Assembly (NCBI GenBank): GCA_964016885.1
Contig: OZ024760.1
Span: forward strand, 23,870,001 to 23,934,000
Direction of reading: 5' to 3'
From: Eledone cirrhosa
Lineage: Eukaryota
Length of the DNA: 64,000 bases
Made by a program: the position numbers and the translations under genes. The notes beneath the pieces were generated by a model. It was not told where the DNA came from. It did not search any database and was given only the letters and a program-made list of their open reading frames with translations. This document shows, piece after piece, positions 27,763-40,810 of the stretch; within the stretch, counting starts at the first letter, position 1, and every line of letters begins with the position of its first letter.

Positions 27763-28359
27763 TTATGTTTGTGTAAACACGCCTCAAGCACACACACTTA
27801 ATATAGTATATTGCTCCTTAACTGTAGAGCTGATCTTTAATCCCGCATAAACGGCTGTTATTTCTAGCACCGGGAATGCGGGACGGCTAATTTGGCCTGG
27901 CTGCCCACGTGTAGTCAGACCTGCTAAATTTTTGATGTGAAATATACTAATTTTACTGGGTTCCTGTTGATAAGCACAGAAGATTTGGATATTTCACTTT
28001 TTATTTCAATTCCATTTCGATTCTCTTTATTTTTCAATTCACGTACCACCGTTGCGAAACGTATTTGGGTTTCGAGGTTCAAATTCATCTACGGAGCAGG
28101 TTTGGATTTTGAAATTTAAATATGTCCAGGAACCATGGCCATTGCCAATATAAGCTTGTCTTTATTGATTTATATCGAGACAGACAAATTGTATTCACTT
28201 TAATTAGTTTATTTCATTAATAGCTAACTTTGTCTGTTGCAATGCAAACACGTTTTGTGTTTATCATATATTTTAATGTATTTAACTGCTCGGAAATGCC
28301 CCTTTTCTTGGAGCTGATTATTGTAAACGACTGAGAGTTTATTCTCAAAATATAATATA

Positions 28360-28437
<78 letters not shown>

Positions 28438-28602
28438 CCTTTAATTAAATCTAACGTCCCCACGAATATCTTACTAAACCGCCGTTACAGTTATAACAAT
28501 TCAATTAAACCTCTTGAAAGGCCCCAAATCAGATTGGAAACTTTTAAATCTGTTTTAATTATATTAGAGATACATACATATAGCTTTTAATTTGCATATG
28601 TA

Positions 28603-28648
<46 letters not shown>

Positions 28649-28714
28649 CGTTTATGGCGGTTCTTGAATCATACATATATATATATATATATACATATAT
28701 ATTGGCATTGGATT

Positions 28715-28750
<36 letters not shown>

Positions 28751-28759
28751 CATTGGATT

Positions 28760-28879
<120 letters not shown>

Positions 28880-28980
28880 TAACAGATTAATGTTTAAGCA
28901 AAGAATCGCTGCTTTTGGGATTTTAGTCTTCAAATTTATTATTATTACTATATATATATATATATGTGTATATATATATG

Positions 28981-29033
<53 letters not shown>

Positions 29034-29204
29034 CTATATATATATATATATATACACATACATATATATACATATATATAAAAGAGAGAATTTGTAGTTT
29101 AGTTAAAGCATTGTCTGTGGTATAAAGAATTCGTTATGCACACACACACACATACATACATATATATATATACATACATAGAGAGACATACATACATACA
29201 TACA

Positions 29205-29326
<122 letters not shown>

Positions 29327-29679
29327 TTATCATCGACTGGTAAATAGTTTAAACGATCCATGTACACATAAAGGAATTTAACTACCTGTCTTTTATATCT
29401 TCAACCAAAATATTCTCTTGACATTTAATTACAGATTAGAAGTACTTCCGTTTGCGCATGCACTAGGGACATTTTGAAACTACGTTTAAATCGTTACTTG
29501 TTTCATGCGTGTCCATATAGGAATTCACGTTTGTGAAGTCGTTTGCGTCGGTGGTTTTTTCTGTGTAATGTGGCAATTCTATGCATTTTGCGTAATGGGG
29601 TCATGTTCCCTGCAATTTATTATATAGAAACTAGGTTAATGCAATAGTTGCAGCCTGGTTTCATCCGTCATTCCCATAC

Positions 29680-30244
29680 CAGAGACACAGAGACAGAGAA
29701 AGTAAGAGCGGGAATTATATGAGAGAAAGAGACAGAGTGAAAGGGTGAGAGTGATATTAGAGAGAGAGAAAAAGAGAAAGAGAAAGTGCGAGAGTGTGAG
29801 AGAGAAAAACAGAGAGTTGGAGTGATGTGAGAGGGTGGGTGTGGTGTGAGAGAGAAAGAGAAAGAGTGAAAGGGGAGAGTGATTTGAGAGAGTGAAAGAG
29901 AAAGAGGGAGCGAGAGAGAAAGATAGTGGGTGTGATGTGAGAGTATAGGAGTGATGTGCGAGGGAGAGAAAGAGAAAGAGAAGGAGCGAAAGGGTGAGAG
30001 GGATATGAGAGAGAGAACGATAACGGGGGGGGGGGCGGGGTGATATTAGAGAACGGGAGTAGTGTGAGAGAGAGAGAAAGAGAGCATGTGTGATATGAGA
30101 GGCCGGGGTGGTGTGAGAGAGAGGGAGACAGGGAGAGTGATTGGTGTGAGAGAGAAAGAGACAGAGAGCATGTGTAATATGAGAGACTGGGAGTGATGTG
30201 AGAGAGAGGGCAGGATTGGTGTGAGAGAGAAAGAGAAAGAGTGC

Positions 30245-30281
<37 letters not shown>

Positions 30282-30373
30282 CAGGATTGGTGTGAGAGAG
30301 AAAGAGAAAGAGTGCCTGAGAGAGAGAGAGGGGAGGCAGGATTGGTGTGAGAGAGAAAGAGAAAGAGTGCCTG

Positions 30374-30404
<31 letters not shown>

Positions 30405-30556
30405 CGGCAGGATTGGTGTGAGAGAGAAAGAGAAAGAGTGCCTGAGAGAGAGGGGGGTAGGATTGGTGTGAGAGAGAAAGAGAAAGAGTGCCTGAGAGAG
30501 AGAGAGATAGAGAGAGGGGTGGTAGGATTGGTGTGAGAGAGAAAGAGAAAGAGTGC

Positions 30557-30599
<43 letters not shown>

Positions 30600-30600
30600 C
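29680..30600. repeat. GA-rich degenerate minisatellite
   Basis: caggattggtgtgagagagaaagagaaagagtgcctgagagag repeated about 6 times at 30210-30590. Confidence 0.85.
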
Positions 30601-30884
30601 CTTAACGAACAGCGAGGAATATTTCTATGTTGACCTCGGCGAGATTTAAGCTGTGGATGAAATGGACCTTAACGAACAACGAGGAATATTTCTATAATGG
30701 AACGCCTCTAACAACTGAACCAATTCTCCGCTTTAATCACACAATAAAAGCTTTAATAACAGCCAAAGCGACTCCACTTGTTGCAACAGTGAAGCACGGA
30801 ATCAGTATTAAGTGCATTCATGTGTGTTATCATAGAAACAATGGCGGCTGCTGCTGTGAGGACGACAATTGTGACCATGCTGCC

Positions 30885-31535
30885 GAAGACGACGATGATG
30901 CCGATGATGACGACGATGACGATGATGCCGATGATGCCGAATGACGACAGCAGCGATGAAGAAGACGGCGACGACGACGACGACGTCGAAGAAGAAAAAA
31001 GAAAAAGAAAAAAGAAAAAGAAAAAAGAAAAAGAAGAAAAAGAAGAAGAAGATGAAGATGAGGACGAGGACGAAGGCGAAGAGGGAGAAGAAGAAAAAGA
31101 AGAAGAAGACGACGACGACGAACACGGTAATGGTAGTGGTGGTAATGATGGTGATTGTACTAATAGTGATGGTGATGGTGGTGATGGTGGTGATAATGGT
31201 GGTGGTGATACTGGTAGTGGTGGTGGTGGTGGTGGTAGTGGTGGTGGTGCAGCTGCAGGTGGTGGTGGTAGTGGTGGTGGTGATGATGATGGTGGTGGTG
31301 GTGGTGGTGATGGTGATGGTGATGATGGTGGTGGTGGTGGTGGTGATGGTGATGATGGTGATGGTGATGGTGATGATGGTGGTGGTGGTGGTGGTGATAC
31401 TGGTAGTGGTGATGATGGTAGCGGTGCAGCTGCAGGTGGTGGTGGTGGTGGTGATGGTCATGGTGATGATGGTGGTGATGGTGGTGGTGGTGATGATGGT
31501 AGTGGTGCAGCTGCTACTGGTGATGATGTTGATGG
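30885..31535. repeat. (GAT/GAC/GAA/GGT)n compound triplet repeat
   Basis: Direct inspection. Confidence 0.85.
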
Positions 31536-31571
31536 TGTGCCGTTTGTTTTGTTATTCTAGTTATTTCTGTA

Positions 31572-31669
<98 letters not shown>

Positions 31670-31898
31670 GAAAGAGAGAGAGAGAGAGATGCTATAATTT
31701 CTTATATAAATGTTGATACTTATGCTTATCTACCATATTATGTATCCTTCTAATGTTCTTATGACAACCTTCTGATATTATATACTCCGATCAAGTCGGC
31801 CTTTTGCTATCATGAAACGATCGTAAATGATTAAATGTTTTAAACACTCTTTGATTGTTATTTATAAAGTATATAGATACATACATACATACATACAT

Positions 31899-31995
<97 letters not shown>

Positions 31996-32624
31996 TAAAG
32001 TTAGTCCTTCATCAGTGATTTTCCAACCATCATTGATATTTCATCGCTTTAAAGACCATATATCTCCGGTTGGTGCGAGCAACGGCTAAAAAAAGTCGTT
32101 GAGACACGTAAATAAAGGGGACACGAGAGTGTAAACAAACAAAGATGGTGAAACAACGAAAAGTGAGGAAGAACGAGTCAAGTCCCGTATATATATATAC
32201 GGGATAACAGGTTATCGTTATAGGCAGTCCACTTAGATTTAGTCCAGTTAGAATACTCCGTGTAGTGGATGGTATTAACGTATGGCTTCGTTTAACTCAA
32301 CGAGACGTTTCCATAGTGATGCTGCGAGTTCGCGGTGATTTCTATGTAGTTTATACTTGGAGTAATAATAGTTCAAGAAAGAAGAGTGACATGGTTGGCT
32401 ATACAATAAGGGCTTTATTCACAGTGCTGACAATTGTTTCTTTGATCTGGTAGGTATAGAAGTTTTGTTATTTTTCTGCATCATAATTGATAAATAAAGT
32501 GTTGTCGGTGGACGCCCTGTTAGTGTGTCATGTATTAACGTTCAGTACAAATACTGTTGAATTAATTGTATGTTGTTTTATTGGGGAGATGAGGGGTTGT
32601 AAGTTGTTACCAGTGGTTCCCATA

Positions 32625-32933
32625 ATGATGATGAGTATGGTGGTGGTGTGGTGGTGGTGGTGGTAGTATTGGAGGTGGTGGTAATAGTGGAGGTGGTGGT
32701 AATGGTTGTGTTGGTGGTGGTTGTGGTGTGGTGGTGGTGGTGATGGTGGCGGTGGTGGTGGTAATGGTTGCGGTGGTGATGGTGGTGGTGGCGGTGTGGT
32801 GGTGGTGGTGATGGTGGTGGTGGAGATGGTAGTGAAATGGTGGTGGTGGTGGTGGTGGTGGTGGTAATGGTTGTGATGGTGGTGGTGGCGGTGTGGTGGT
32901 GGTGGTGGTGGTGCTAGTATTAGTGATGCTTCC

Positions 32934-32976
<43 letters not shown>

Positions 32977-33150
32977 ATAATGGTGGTGGTGGTATCGGTG
33001 CTAGTATTAGTGACGATGCTGATGATGTTGGAAGTGGTGGTGGTGTTGGTGGTGGTGAAGGTGGTGTTGGTGGCTGTGGTCGTGGCGGTAGTGGTGTTGG
33101 CGGTGGTGGTGGCGGTGGCGGTGGTGGTGGTGGTGTTGTTGGTGGTGGTG
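32625..33150. repeat. (GGT)n-rich simple repeat
   Basis: Direct inspection. Confidence 0.85.
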
Positions 33151-33514
33151 GCGCTAGTATCAGTCTCGCTGCTGCTGCTAATGGTGGTACCCTCCTACCC
33201 AATTCGGTCACCAACAATCTAATATATTGAGACACAATTACAATTCCCTCTCCAGAAGAATTCTGTTATTCCACTAATTATGTTCGAAAATTAATCAACA
33301 CCACATTTCCCACGTGATATCCCAGTGATCATATTTAATTAACAAATTATTATTATCACCATTATCGTTATTATTAATTAGAAGTAGTATTGTTGTTGTT
33401 GTTGTTGTTGTCGTCGTCGTCGTCGTCGTCGTCGTCGTGAATTTTTACTGTTGCCCAACCGAATAAGCACTGTGTTGTGTAAGTGCAGTGATTTCGTGTA
33501 TATATATATGTAAG

Positions 33515-33545
<31 letters not shown>

Positions 33546-33694
33546 ATATATATGTGTGTTTGTGTGTGTGTGTGTGCGTGTGTCTCTGTATATATATATT
33601 TATATATATATATATATGTGTATATATATATACACATATATATACATATATATATATATATATACATTCATATGCATATATACATACATATATG

Positions 33695-33742
<48 letters not shown>

Positions 33743-33759
33743 GACATTCATATGCATAT

Positions 33760-33846
<87 letters not shown>

Positions 33847-33867
33847 TGTATATATATATATATATAT

Positions 33868-34026
33868 AACGAAGGAAATGTGGTAAGGAACCAGATGGAC
33901 AATAACGCACCAAAATACTCAATACGTAGGGTAGTAGAGTGGGTAATAGGAACAAGCAGGACCCCGACGGCTGAGCTCAAGCCGTTTCGACGGCTAATTC
34001 TGGACTAAATGAAAAATTTTATTCAT
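33868..34026 (-). mobile_element. Short element copy 6, lacking the fold-back arm
   Basis: Same tail abutting (TA)n; continues cggctaattctggactaaatg, then joins a LINE fragment. Confidence 0.8.
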
Positions 34027-34027
34027 T

Positions 34028-34583
34028 GTGCAGATGGTCTCGTCGTCTTCCTTCGAGGAGGAAGGGCAGGCGGTTTTCATCTGCCTGGTGGCCATGGCGA
34101 AAGAGATTGTGTGGTGGACAAAGTTGAAAAGGTTAAAGACAGATACTTTCCTCTACGGCGAATCCCTAATTAACTTTTTCAAGTTTCACTTGAAGAGGAA
34201 AATCAGCGTGGAGAGGCAAGTGCTGCCTTCTAGCAAGTTTGTTGGAAAGTGGGTGAATGTAGCGAGAATGGTCCGAGTGAAGGGCACCGCTCTGAATATA
34301 CGTCTGTAGTTTGAGAGATGGAAAAATTGAGAGAGGGCGCTTGCACTGGTGGTCAGGGTGGCCGTGGTCTTTTGTGTGGTTTTCGCCACGAGTAACCCTC
34401 GGAGGTTCCCCCCCCCCCCCCCTATTGGGGAATTTTTCATTGTTTCAATTTTCTTTGTTTTTCTTTTCTTATATAAATAATCAAAATCTTTACACGCACA
34501 CAACCCACATCGTACCGTCCTGTACCGTCCTGTGCCGTCTGTAATGTTTTTCTTGATGTCAGCCCTTGTGGCCAATAAAGAAA
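34028..34583 (+). mobile_element. Tx1-like LINE 3' fragment
   Basis: AVFICLVAMAKEIVWWT..L..LKTDTFL..W..VARM matches the 25220-25624 peptide; ends cccttgtggccaataaagaaat then (ATT)n. Confidence 0.85.
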
Positions 34584-35050
34584 TCATTATTATCGTTATC
34601 ATCATTATTATAATTTTTATTATTATTGATATTATTATTATTATTCAGGTTTCTATCACATACAACACTCAATCAAATATTGATACGATGTTATATCGTT
34701 GTTATTGTTGTTGTTGTTGATATTGTTGTTATTGTTGTTGTTGGTATCGCTGTTGTTGTTGTTCTCCTTATTCTCGTTGTTGTTATTGTTGTTATTATCG
34801 TTGCTCTTAATGTTGTTGTTGTTATTGTTGTTGTTATCGTTGTTGTTAATGTTGTAGTTGTTATTGTTGCTGTTACTGTTGTTGTTATTGTTTCTTTTTT
34901 TTATTTCTTTTTCTTTTATTGTACATTTATTTTGGGTTGTTCTTTCATATCAATATTATTTAGTGAAAAATATCGATTTCCAATATCTATTTCGGGAATA
35001 GAACTGGTGAAAAAAATCGATATTTTCAATATCGTTTTTGAAGCAGTTAC

Positions 35051-35114
<64 letters not shown>

Positions 35115-35115
<1 letters not shown>

Positions 35116-35645
35116 GGGAAGAAGACGCACGAGGTGACGGAGGTCATGAAATCGCTCCCGTAAGTTTTGAATTTTTAACATATTTAAATCATTTGTGAAA
35201 TAACAACTCTTAGTACAAATGCTACGTAAAGCACCCGGCTTGAGCCCCAAAAAATTCGGACCCAAAATATATTGTTATAAGGCTCAAATATTCAAATGTT
35301 CAACTTTGTATTGTACACTGTATATCCAAAAAAAAAATGGCTATAAATGGAAGAAGAAGAACCCCCCCCCCTCCTCTCCTCTGGCTACACTATATAGGAC
35401 AGCTAAACTCACCAACACCAGAAACTAGATACACCGCCCACCCCATCATCTGTGTACACTAAACACAACAGCATTTTCACCTTCACCGCCACCGCTCACT
35501 ACGGCCATCATTGCCACCGCTGTCCCATCACCGCCGCCACCACCCCCTGACTCCTTCACTGCTGCTGCCACCGCTACAGCACCATCACTACAGTAATACG
35601 GCTCAAATATTCAAATATTCAACTTTGTATTGTACACTGTATATC

Positions 35646-35682
<37 letters not shown>

Positions 35683-38600
35683 AATAAATAAAATAAAATG
35701 GCTATAAATGGAAGAAGAAGAACCCCCCCCCCCTCCTCTCCTCTGGCTACACTATATAGGACAGCGAAACTCACCAACACCAGAAACTAGATACACCACC
35801 CACCCCATCATCTGTGTACACTAAACACAACAGCATTTTCACCTTCACCGCCACCGCTCACTACGGCCATCATTGCCACCGCTGTCCCATCACCGCCGCC
35901 ACCACCCCCTGACTCCTTCACTGCTGCTGCCACCGCTACAGCACCATCACTACAGTAATACGGTCGCATCACCGCCACCGCTGCCTCGGTATCGACATCA
36001 CCGCCACCACTGTCTCAGTATCGCCAACGCCGCTAGTCTCTGCTGGCTACCACTTCCACATTATAGAATTCCTACTACTAACAAAGAGGAAGGCATCAAA
36101 ATATATAGATAGACTCAAAAGAAAAAAGAAAAAACAAACAACAAAAGCAGCACAGCAACAACAGTAAAAAACGAGAAAAACAGAGAAAAACAAAAACAAA
36201 AAAAGAAACCCCAAAAACGTAAAGAAAATAAGAATGAAGAGAGAAGCAGGCGGACGGACAGAGAAGAGGGGGGGAAAAGTAAAACTTAAAAAACAAAAAC
36301 TAAGTCGGACATTCGAATACTACATTACAATGAAACTTATGCTTATTCATTTTTGGGGCCCTTTCTGCCCGTGTGTTTGTTTGTTTATGTGTGTCCGTAT
36401 ACAGCGTGGTGATAATGCCACACAAGGGCCAAGTGGGATGGCGGATCCACAGATGGCTATGTAAACATACATTCGCCAATCCTCGATAAGAGTGTTTAAA
36501 TATCGAACATAAACAGTTCGAATAACGGTGAAATGGAGACTAGAACGTCATGTGACAGACTCTCACCCAACAGGTGCCCCCTGGCTCAGCAGCAGGAACC
36601 TGACTGTCAACGAAATACTGCTGATGTTGGAGGAAGAAGAAGAAGGAAAGGGGCCAGAACCAACTGGACGAAAGAATTGAATAGAACTGTTATGCAATGC
36701 TACCTGAAAAGTAACCCCAAGGAGAGGGGCTACAGGAGACGGATGCATAACATCTGGAACGAGATTGGTTTATTTAAATTAGATGAACAAAAATTGGCCG
36801 GGCAGGCTCGGGTAATAAGAACTAATGGGTGGATAAGCGAGCTGGAACTGGAGGAACTGAGCAGAGAGAATGGCTTGGAGATGGCGGGTGTAGTATGCCA
36901 GACAAGCGAGCCGGCGGGAAATGAAGGTGAGGAGGTCCTGAGAGCGAAGGAACCACCCGAAGCAGACAATGATCTGAATACTGAGATAAATAATACCTGG
37001 AACAGAGATACGGCCACTGAGGAGATGAATGCTGACGGGCTAGGACAAGATTCGGTTGACATCCTAAATTTAGTGGTAGATGAGTTGAACAATGATAGTG
37101 GGAGACCTATGAACCTAAGATTTGTAGACAGGAAAAAGTTAAAAGAAACAACAGCTAAGGTAAACAAAGTCATCCCATACCTTGAGGCGAGGAGTCTTCA
37201 CCAGTGCAACAATATCCTCAAAGCAACAGCAAATACGGTGAGGAAACTACTTGGTATAAAAGCGAGAGGAAACAACAGACAAGAAAGAGCAGAGCCGTGG
37301 TGGAAGAAGCGACTGAGTGGGCAAATCGGGGAAATGAGAAATGACATAGGAAAGCTTGAGTCACTACTGAATGGGACACTAAAAAACATAGGCACTAAAA
37401 ATAGACTGGAAATAAAATACAAAACTAGGAGTAAAAAGCTAAATATTATCATAGAGGAATTGAAGCAACGCATTGTAGCAAAGAGTGCCAAAATCAGGCG
37501 ATACGAGAACAGAGTCAGTCAGTATAAACAGAACCGCATGTTCGACAACAACCAGAAGATGCTGTTTGGACAGCTTGAGGGGAAAGAAAGAGGCACCGAC
37601 TTGATCCCTGGGGCGGAACAAGCTAAAACATTCTGGAGAGGAATATGGGAGCAGGATGTTAGACACAATGCCCAGGCAGGGTGGATTGAGACAGTACAGA
37701 GGGAGATCGGTGAGCAGGCACAGCAACAGACTGATTTGAGTATCACAGTTGAAACTCTTAAGGGGCAAGCCAAAAAACTAACCAACTGGAAATCACCAGG
37801 CCCAGATGGTGTGCAGGGGTATTGGATTAAACATTTAACATCCCTCCACCCGAAGCTGACGGCCATGTTCAATGACTGCTTGGTGTCGGGTGAGGTGCCA
37901 GAGTGGTTGACAAAAGGTACCACAGTTCTGATAATGAAAGACCAAATCAAGGGTAATGATGTCACCAACTATAGACCTATCACATGTCTGCCCGTAATGT
38001 GGAAACTGTTGACGAGCATTGTGTCTGAGGAAATCTACCATCACCTCCACACAAACAACTTGTTGCCGGACGAACAGAAAGGATGCCGAATGAAGTCACG
38101 TGGTACAAAGGACCAGTTGCTTATTGATAAGATGGTAATGGGGAATTGCAGGAGGAGACACACTGATCTTGCCATGGGATGGATAGACTACAGAAAGGCA
38201 TTTGACATGGTGCCTCATTCCTGGATCACCAAAAGCCTGGAGATCTTCAGGGTGGCAGATAACATCAGACAGTTGCTGGGCAGGAGTATGGGGTCCTGGG
38301 AGACAGAGTTGACATCAACTGGAGTATCCTTGGGAAGCGTGAAGATCAAGAGAGGTATCTTCCAGGGAGATAGCCTGTCCCCTCTGTTGTTTGTCCTTGC
38401 CCTGATGCCCTTGACCATTATGCTGCGAAAAGTGAGAGCAGGATACAAGTTGGGAAGGGGAGAGCTTACCATCAATCACCTCCTCTTCATGGACGACCTT
38501 AAGCTCTTCGGGAAAAGTGAGAAGGAGTTGGATGTGCTTGTTGACACTGTCCGTATTTTCAGCAGTGATATATGTATGCAGTTTGGTATTGGTAAATGTG

Positions 38601-39999
38601 GAGTCATTGTGATGAGGAGGGGTAGGTTGAGCAGAAGTAACGGGATCCAGATACCAACAGGTGAGATGATAAAGGAAATTGACTCTGAGGAAGGATACAA
38701 GTATTTGGGCGTTCTGGAGGCTGATGGCATAAAGAACAAAAAAATGAAGGAATTGTTAAGAACTGAATACATTCGGAGAGTAAGGAGCGTATTGAAGTCA
38801 CATCTGAACAGCAGAAATGCCATAAGCGCAGTAAATTCCCGAGCTGTGTCTATTATTAGGTACAGTGCGGGAATTCTGAGATGGAATGTTGCTGAACAAA
38901 AAGAAATGGATAGGAAGACTAGGAAGCTATTGACTATCTACAACATGTTCCACAAGAGGAGTGATGTCGATAGACTCTACCTAAGGAGATCTGAGGGTGG
39001 AAGAGGTCTTATCAGCATAGAGGACTGTGTTCAGATGGAGAAAAACAACCTATACAAATACGTGACCTATAGTAAGGAGCCAATGCTCAGAGCTGTACTG
39101 AAGGAGGGGACAGTAGGCCAGGGGATACCCAAGGAGGAAATAACATCAAGGAGGAAGAGCAGCCTTAAGGGAAAATCCCTTCATAGTACCTTCTTTGAGA
39201 AAACTGAATTTAGAGATCCACAGACATGGAACTGGTTGAGAAGAGGAGACCTCAAAAAGGCTACAGAAGGAATGCTAATGGCTGCGCAGGAGCAGGCCCT
39301 CAAAACGAAGTGGTTGAAGCACCATATCTACAAGGAGGAGGCTAGCCCACTGTGCAGGATCTGTGGAGAGAGAGAGGAGACTGTGGCTCACATTGTGTCC
39401 GAGTGTAAACACCTAGCCCAGACCCACTATAAGGGCTGGAGACACGATGTGATGGGCAGGGTGATCCACTGGCACCTGTGCAAAGTAAACAATCTACCAC
39501 ATTCTGAGAAATGGTATGAGCATAGGCCAGAGGCGGTGATGGAGAACAATCAGGTGAAGGTGCTGTGGGATTTTAGGATACAGACGGACAAAAAACTGGA
39601 ACACAATAGACCTGACCTGGTGGTTGTGGACAAAGAAAAAAGATCGTGCCTGATTGTGGATGTGGCCTGCCCGTTCGACACGAGAGTGCAAGAGAAGGAG
39701 AGGGAGAAAATTAACCGATACCAGGACCTAAAGTGGGAGGTGAAAAGGATTTGGAACTGCCATGAAGTCAAAGTGATCCCGATTGTCATAGGCGCACTGG
39801 GGACTATCTCCAAAGGTTTCCAGGGATGGTTAAAGAAAATCGGCCCCTTCACGCTTTTTGGAACGCTTCAAAAGGCATGCTTGCTTGGAACGGCAAGAAC
39901 CCTCCGATACGTCCTGAATATCTGAGGCTGCAGGTAGTGGCTTGATATTCAATCCAACGGACTTTCCAGTTAACCAACATCAATGACTGAGATTCAAGG
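35115..39999 (+). mobile_element. Apparently full-length R4/Dong-type RLE non-LTR retrotransposon
   Basis: Single intact ORF, short 3' UTR, (AAT)n at 35052-35114 and (AAC/AAT)n at 40000-40024; the 5' boundary is inferred. Confidence 0.75.
36533..39925 (+). CDS. 1130-aa reverse transcriptase plus CCHC zinc knuckle plus restriction-like endonuclease (R4/Dong clade)
   Basis: KSPGPDG, NYRPITCL, WIDYRKAFD, GIFQGDSLSP, LFMDDLKL, YKYLG, GGRGL, CRIC..ETVAHIVSEC, RHD, RPDLVVVD..IVDVACPFD..EKINRY. Confidence 0.95.
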   Translation: METRTSCDRLSPNRCPLAQQQEPDCQRNTADVGGRRRRKGARTNWTKELNRTVMQCYLKSNPKERGYRRRMHNIWNEIGLFKLDEQKLAGQARVIRTNGWISELELEELSRENGLEMAGVVCQTSEPAGNEGEEVLRAKEPPEADNDLNTEINNTWNRDTATEEMNADGLGQDSVDILNLVVDELNNDSGRPMNLRFVDRKKLKETTAKVNKVIPYLEARSLHQCNNILKATANTVRKLLGIKARGNNRQERAEPWWKKRLSGQIGEMRNDIGKLESLLNGTLKNIGTKNRLEIKYKTRSKKLNIIIEELKQRIVAKSAKIRRYENRVSQYKQNRMFDNNQKMLFGQLEGKERGTDLIPGAEQAKTFWRGIWEQDVRHNAQAGWIETVQREIGEQAQQQTDLSITVETLKGQAKKLTNWKSPGPDGVQGYWIKHLTSLHPKLTAMFNDCLVSGEVPEWLTKGTTVLIMKDQIKGNDVTNYRPITCLPVMWKLLTSIVSEEIYHHLHTNNLLPDEQKGCRMKSRGTKDQLLIDKMVMGNCRRRHTDLAMGWIDYRKAFDMVPHSWITKSLEIFRVADNIRQLLGRSMGSWETELTSTGVSLGSVKIKRGIFQGDSLSPLLFVLALMPLTIMLRKVRAGYKLGRGELTINHLLFMDDLKLFGKSEKELDVLVDTVRIFSSDICMQFGIGKCGVIVMRRGRLSRSNGIQIPTGEMIKEIDSEEGYKYLGVLEADGIKNKKMKELLRTEYIRRVRSVLKSHLNSRNAISAVNSRAVSIIRYSAGILRWNVAEQKEMDRKTRKLLTIYNMFHKRSDVDRLYLRRSEGGRGLISIEDCVQMEKNNLYKYVTYSKEPMLRAVLKEGTVGQGIPKEEITSRRKSSLKGKSLHSTFFEKTEFRDPQTWNWLRRGDLKKATEGMLMAAQEQALKTKWLKHHIYKEEASPLCRICGEREETVAHIVSECKHLAQTHYKGWRHDVMGRVIHWHLCKVNNLPHSEKWYEHRPEAVMENNQVKVLWDFRIQTDKKLEHNRPDLVVVDKEKRSCLIVDVACPFDTRVQEKEREKINRYQDLKWEVKRIWNCHEVKVIPIVIGALGTISKGFQGWLKKIGPFTLFGTLQKACLLGTARTLRYVLNI

Positions 40000-40025
40000 A
40001 ATAACAACAACAATAATAATAATAA

Positions 40026-40761
40026 AGCTACCGAAGGTATGCTAATGGCTGCGCAAGAGCAGGACCTCAGAACGAAGTGGGTGAAACATCATATTGACAA
40101 GGAGGAGGCTAACTCACTGTGTAGGATCTGTGGAGAGAGAGAGAGAGGAGACTGTGGCTCACATTGTATCCGAGTTTAAACACCTAGCCCAGACTCACTA
40201 TAAAGGAGAGAGGTATGATATAATAGGAAAGGTGATTTATTGGCATTTATGCAAACTAAATAATTTAACACATTCTGAGAAGTGGTATGAGCATAAGCCA
40301 GAGTCTGTGATAGAAAACGATCTGGTCAGAGGTGCTGTGGGATTTCAGGATACAGACAGACAAAAAATTAGAACACAATAGGCCTGACCTGGTGGTTTTT
40401 CACAAGAAAAAAGATCCTGCCTGATTGTAGATGTAGCCTGCCCCTTTGATACGAGAGTGCAAGAAAAGGAGAGAGATAAAATTAACCAATACCAGGATTT
40501 AAAGTGAGAGTTAAAAAGGGTTTGGGACTGACATGAGATCAAGGTCGTCCCGATTGTCACAAGAGCACTAGGTACTATCTCGAAGAGTTTTCAGGGATGG
40601 TTAACAAAAACATTAGTCGAGCCCCCTTTTATTGAACACTTCAAAAGCCGTGCTTGCTGGGAACAGCAAGATCCATCCGATACGTCCTGAATATCTGAGG
40701 CTGTAGGTAGCGGCTTGATGTTCATTTGAACAAACTTTCCAGTTAAATAACATAAATGACT
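40026..40761 (+). pseudogene. Decayed 3' copy of the same R4/Dong family (zinc knuckle, RLE, 3' UTR)
   Basis: Aligns by eye with about 39258-39990 with frameshifts and stops; followed by (GAA)n 40763-40810. Confidence 0.9.
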
Positions 40762-40810
40762 AGAAGAAGAAGAAGAAGAAGAAGAAGAAGAAGAAGAAGA
40801 AGAAGAAGAA

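Noticed and set aside
30820-31560. Acidic/Gly-rich 246-aa ORF
   Set aside because: Compound triplet repeat open in several frames; no splice or domain evidence
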